Part shown: in pieces, positions 59,101 to 64,000 of the stretch
Layout: every line of letters starts with the position of its first letter
Numbering within the stretch: position 1 is the first letter of the stretch
Assembly (NCBI GenBank): GCA_964057225.1
Contig: CAXKVF010000079.1
Coordinates: 1 to 64,000, forward strand
Origin: Auanema rhodensis
Lineage: Eukaryota; Animalia; Nematoda
DNA: 64,000 bases
Direction: 5' to 3'
The notes under the pieces: model-generated
The model's input: the letters and a program-made list of their open reading frames with translations, nothing else
Told to the model about the DNA's origin: nothing
Databases searched by the model: none
Position numbers and translations under genes: made by a program

Positions 59101-62100
59101 AATTAAATGTACACGTGATGTGCACTTGGTATGTAACTCGCTTCACGTGAAAGATAAAGAGATGCGGTTTTCAAAATTAGATTCCCCATGTCCATATTAG
59201 TCTAAAAACAAATTTTTATTGATATTGGTTCATGGTAACCATGACTTTGAAATTTACGTGAACTTTAATTTATGCTAATTAAATGTACACGTGATGTGCA
59301 CTTGGTATGTAACTCGCTTCACGTGAAAGATAAAGAGATGCGGTTTTCAAAATTAGATTCCCCATGTCCATATTAGTCTAAAAACAAATTTTTATTGATA
59401 TTGGTTCATGGTAACCATGACTTTGAAATTTACGTGAACTTTAATTTATGCTAATTAAATGTACACGTGATGTGCACTTGGTATGTAACTCGCTTCACGT
59501 GAAAGATAAAGAGATGCGGTTTTCAAAATTGGATTCCCCATGTCCATATTAGTCTAAAAACAAATTTTTATTGATATTGGTTCATGGTAACCATGACTTT
59601 GAAATTTACGTGAACTTTAATTTATGCTAATTAAATGTACACGTGATGTGCACTTGGTATGTAACTCGCTTCACGTGAAAGATAAAGAGATGCGGTTTTC
59701 AAAATTAGATTCCCCATGTCCATATTAGTCTAAAAACAAATTTTTATTGATATTGGTTCATGGTAACCATGACTTTGAAATTTACGTGAACTTTAATTTA
59801 TGCTAATTAAATGTACACGTGATGTGCACTTGGTATGTAACTCGCTTCACGTGAAAGATAAAGAGATGCGGTTTTCAAAATTAGATTCCCCATGTCCATA
59901 TTAGTCTAAAAACAAATTTTTATTGATATTGGTTCATGGTAACCATGACTTTGAAATTTACGTGAACTTTAATTTATGCTAATTAAATGTACACGTGATG
60001 TGCACTTGGTATGTAACTCGCTTCACGTGAAAGATAAAGAGATGCGGTTTTCAAAATTAGATTCCCCATGTCCATATTAGTCTAAAAACAAATTTTTATT
60101 GATATTGGTTCATGGTAACCATGATTTTGAAATTTACGTGAACTTTAATTTATGCTAATTAAATGTACACGTGATGTGCACTTGGTATGTAACTCGCTTC
60201 ACGTGAAAGATAAAAAGATGCGGTTTTCAAAATTAGATTCCCCATGTCCATATTAGTCTAAAAACAAATTTTTATTGATATTGGTTCATGGTAACCATGA
60301 CTTTGAAATTTACGTGAACTTTAATTTATGCTAATTAAATGTACACGTGATGTGCACTTGGTATGTAACTCGCTTCACGTGAAAGATAAAGAGATGCGGT
60401 TTTCAAAATTAGATTCCCCATGTCCATATTAGTCTAAAAACAAATTTTTATTGATATTGGTTCATGGTAACCATGACTTTGAAATTTACGTGAACTTTAA
60501 TTTAAGCTAATTAAATGTACACGTGGTGTGCACTTGGTATCTAACTCGCTTCACGTGGAAGATAAAGAGATGCGGTTTTCAAAATTAAATTCCCCATGTC
60601 CATATTAGTCTAAAAACAAATTTTTATTGATATTGGTGCATGGTAACCATGACTTTGAAATTTACGTGAACTTTAATTTATGCTAATTAAATGTACACGT
60701 GATGTGCACTTGGTAAGTAACTCGCTTCACGTGAAAGATAAAGAGATGCGGTTTTCAAAATTAGATTCCCCATGTCCATATTAGTCTAAAAACAAATTTT
60801 TATTGATATTGGTGCATGGTAACCATGACTTTGAAATTTACGTGAACTTTAATTAATGCTAATTAAATGTACACGTGATGTGCACTTGGTATGTAACTTG
60901 CTTCACGTGAAAGATAAAGAGATGCGGTTTTAAAACTTAGATTCCCCATGTCCATATTAGTCTAAAAACAAATTTTTATTGATATTGGTTCATGGTAACC
61001 ATGACTTTGAAATTTAGGTGAACTTTAATTTATGCTAATTAAATGTACACGTGATGTGCACTTGGTATGTAACTCGCTTCACGTGAAAGATAAAGAGATG
61101 CGGTTTTCAAAATTAGATTCCCCATGACCATATTAGTCTATAAAAAAAATTTTTATTGATATTGGTGCATGGTAACCATGACTTTGAAATTTACGTGAAC
61201 TTTAATTTATGCTAATTAAATGTACACGTGATGTGCACTTGGTATGTAACTCGCTTCACGTGAAAGATAAAGAGATGCGGTTTTCAAAATTAGATTCCCC
61301 ATGTTCATATTAGTCTAAAAACAAATTTTTATTGATATTGGTTCATGGTAACCATGACTTTGAAATTTACGTGAACTTTAATTTATGCTAATTAAATGTA
61401 CAGGTGATGTGCACTTGGTATGTAACTCGCTTCACGTGAAAGATAAAGAGATGCGGTTTTCAAAATTAGATTCCCCATGTCCATATTAGTCTAAAAACAA
61501 ATTTTTATTGATATTGGTGCATGGTAACCATGACTTTGAAATTTACGTGAACTTTAATTTATGCTAATTAAATGTACACGTGATGTGCACTTGGTATGTA
61601 ACTCGCTTCACGTGAAAGATAAAGAGATGCGGTTTTCAAAATTAGATTCCCCATGTCCATATTAGTCTAAAAACAAATTTTTATTGATATTGGTTCATGG
61701 TAACCATGACTTTGAAATTTACGTGAACTTTAATTTATGCTAATTAAATGTACACGTGATGTGCACTTGGTATGTAACTCGCTTCACGTGAAAGATAAAG
61801 AGATGCGGTTTTCAAAATTAGATTCCCCATGTCCATATTAGTCTAAAAACAAATTTTTATTGATATTGGTTCATGGTAACCATGACTTTGAAATTTACGT
61901 GAACTTTAATTTATGCTAATTAAATGTACACGTGATGTGCACTTGGTATGTAACTCGCTTCACGTGAAAGATAAAGAGATGCGGTTTTCAAAATTGGATT
62001 CCCCATGTCCATATTAGTCTAAAAACAAATTTTTATTGATATTGGTTCATGGTAACCATGACTTTGAAATTTACGTGAACTTTAATTTATGCTAATTAAA

Positions 62101-64000
62101 TGTACACGTGATGTGCACTTGGTATGTAACTCGCTTCACGTGAAAGATAAAGAGATGCGGTTTTCAAAATTAGATTCCCCATGTCCATATTAGTCTAAAA
62201 ACAAATTTTCATTGATATTGGTTCATGGTAACCATGATTTTGAAATTTACGTGAACTTTAATTTAAGCTAATTAAATGTACACGTGATGTGCACTTGGTA
62301 TCTAACTCGCTTCACGTGGAAGATAAAGAGATGCGGTTTTCAAAATTAAATTCCCCATGTCCATATTAGTCTAAAAACAAATTTTTATTGATATTGGTGC
62401 ATGGTAACCATGACTTTGAAATTTACGTGAACTTTAATTTATGCTAATTAAATGTACACGTGATGTGCACTTGGTAAGTAACTCGCTTCACGTGAAAGAT
62501 AAAGAGATGCGGTTTTCAAAATTAGATTCCCCATGTCCATATTAGTCTAAAAACAAATTTTTATTGATATTGGTGCATGGTAACCATGACTTTGAAATTT
62601 ACGTGAACTTTAATTAATGCTAATTAAATGTACACGTGATGTGCACTTGGTATGTAACTTGCTTCACGTGAAAGATAAAGAGATGCGGTTTTAAAAATTA
62701 GATTCCCCATGTCCATATTAGTCTAAAAACAAATTTTTATTGATATTGGTTCATGGTAACCATGACTTTGAAATTTACGTGAACTTTAATTTATGCTAAT
62801 TAAATGTACACGTGATGTGCACTTGGTATGTAACTCGCTTCACGTGAAAGATAAAGAGATGCGGTTTTCAAAATTAGATTCCCCATGTCCATATTAGTCT
62901 ATAAAAAAATTTTTTATTGATATTGGTGCATGGTAACCATGACTTTGAAATTTACGTGAACTTTAATTTATGCTAATTAAATGTACACGTGATGTGCACT
63001 TGGTATGTAACTCGCTTCACGTGAAAGATAAAGAGATGCGGTTTTCAAAATTAGATTCCCCATGTTCATATTAGTCTAAAAACAAATTTTTATTGATATT
63101 GGTTCATGGTAACCATGACTTTGAAATTTACGTGAACTTTAATTTATGCTAATTAAATGTACAGGTGATGTGCACTTGGTATGTAACTCGCTTCACGTGA
63201 AAGATAAAGAGATGCGGTTTTTAAAATTAGATTCCCCATGTTCATATTAGTCTAAAAACAAATTTTTATTGATATTGGTGCATGGTAACCATGACTGTGA
63301 AATTTACGTGAACTTTAATTTATGCTAATTAAATGTACACGTGATGTGCACTTGGTATGTAACTCGCTTCACGTGAAAGATAAAGAGATGCGGTTTTCAA
63401 AATTAGATTCCCCATGTCCATATTAGTCTAAAAACAAATTTTTATTGATATTGGTTCATGGTAACCATGACTTTGAAATTTACGTGAACTTTAATTTATG
63501 CTAATTAAATGTACACGTGATGTGCACTTGGTATGTAACTCGCTTCACGTGAAAGATAAAGAGATGCGGTTTTCAAAATTAGATTCCCCATGTCCATATT
63601 AGTCTAAAAACAAATTTTTATTGATATTGGTTCATGGTAACCATGACTTTGAAATTTACGTGAACTTTAATTTATGCTAATTAAATGTACACGTGATGTG
63701 CACTTGGTATGTAACTCGCTTCACGTGAAAGATAAAGAGATGCGGTTTTCAAAATTAGATTCCCCATGTCCATATTAGTCTAAAAACAAATTTTTATTGA
63801 TATTGGTTCATGGTAACCATGACTTTGAAATTTACGTGAACTTTAATTTATGCTAATTAAATGTACACGTGATGTGCACTTGGTATGTAACTCGCTTCAC
63901 GTGAAAGATAAAGAGATGCGGTTTTCAAAATTAGATTCCCCATGTCCATATTAGTCTAAAAACAAATTTTTATTGATATTGGTGCATGGTAACCATGACT
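56200..64000 (+). repeat. ~12-mer (2112-bp) higher-order repeat, ~4 diverging copies (last interval 10-mer)
   Basis: TTTAAGCTA marker at 56281, 58393, 60505, 62266; TAATTAATGC at 56631, 58743, 60855, 62616. Spacings 2112, 2112, 1761. Confidence 0.9.

Larger units (their letters stand above)
1..64000. repeat. Tandem satellite DNA array, 176-bp monomer, ~363-364 head-to-tail copies (candidate centromeric/pericentromeric satellite)
   Basis: Monomer counted as 176 nt. The 60-nt line pattern recurs every 2640 bp (15x176). 56/176 G+C in the consensus. Most copies differ from consensus at 0-5 positions. No foreign sequence or strand switch seen. The centromeric role is inferred only. Confidence 0.99.

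Noticed and set aside
1-64000. CRISPR-like or other guide array (palindromic repeats)
   Set aside because: No unique spacers: the entire unit is repeated, and no associated genes are present.
1-64000. Artefactual concatemer (rolling-circle amplification or assembly loop)
   Set aside because: Linked, recurrent, hierarchically arranged SNP haplotypes indicate a real evolved array, although local copy numbers may still be misassembled.
1-64000. Tandem 5S rRNA, tRNA, snRNA or spliced-leader gene array; telomeric repeat
   Set aside because: No recognisable 5S/tRNA/snRNA sequence, Pol III A/B/C boxes or telomere motifs on either strand, by eye. An Infernal/Rfam scan would be decisive.
1-64000. 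Assignment to a named satellite of similar length (Brassica CentBr, Arabidopsis CEN178, primate alpha satellite)
   Set aside because: Only the length is similar. I see no sequence resemblance from memory, and the consensus lacks the AAGCTT site typical of the Brassicaceae repeats. A database search is needed.
1-64000. Hidden transposon insertion, inversion or unique island within the array
   Set aside because: Reading end to end, every segment aligns to the monomer in the same orientation. The only length changes are the small indels and the 27-bp triplication listed.

Overview
The whole 64-kb window is one uninterrupted, head-to-tail (single orientation) tandem array of a 176-bp AT-rich monomer (~32% GC; ~363-364 copies), open at both window ends. 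Consensus (e.g. 46180-46355): AAAAACAAATTTTTATTGATATTGGTTCATGGTAACCATGACTTTGAAATTTACGTGAACTTTAATTTATGCTAATTAAATGTACACGTGATGTGCACTTGGTATGTAACTCGCTTCACGTGAAAGATAAAGAGATGCGGTTTTCAAAATTAGATTCCCCATGTCCATATTAGTCT. Monomer length, homogeneity and array size fit a eukaryotic satellite DNA, plausibly centromeric; this is inference, and I do not recognise the family or organism. I found no genes, RNA genes, transposon insertions or CRISPR spacers, and the one 60-aa ORF results from a single stop-removing SNP. The structure of interest lies in (i) a monomer dense in dyad symmetries, with three ACGTGA/E-box-like cores spaced 33 and 32 bp apart; (ii) diagnostic SNPs revealing nested, short-lived higher-order repeats (3-, 5-, 6+8-, 7-, 10-, 11-, 12-mers) and longer duplications (31-, 33-, ~49-, 63-mers); (iii) a five-SNP subtype that almost disappears after ~39 kb; and (iv) ~47 kb with no net indel. 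The sequence does not support a new gene-based system.
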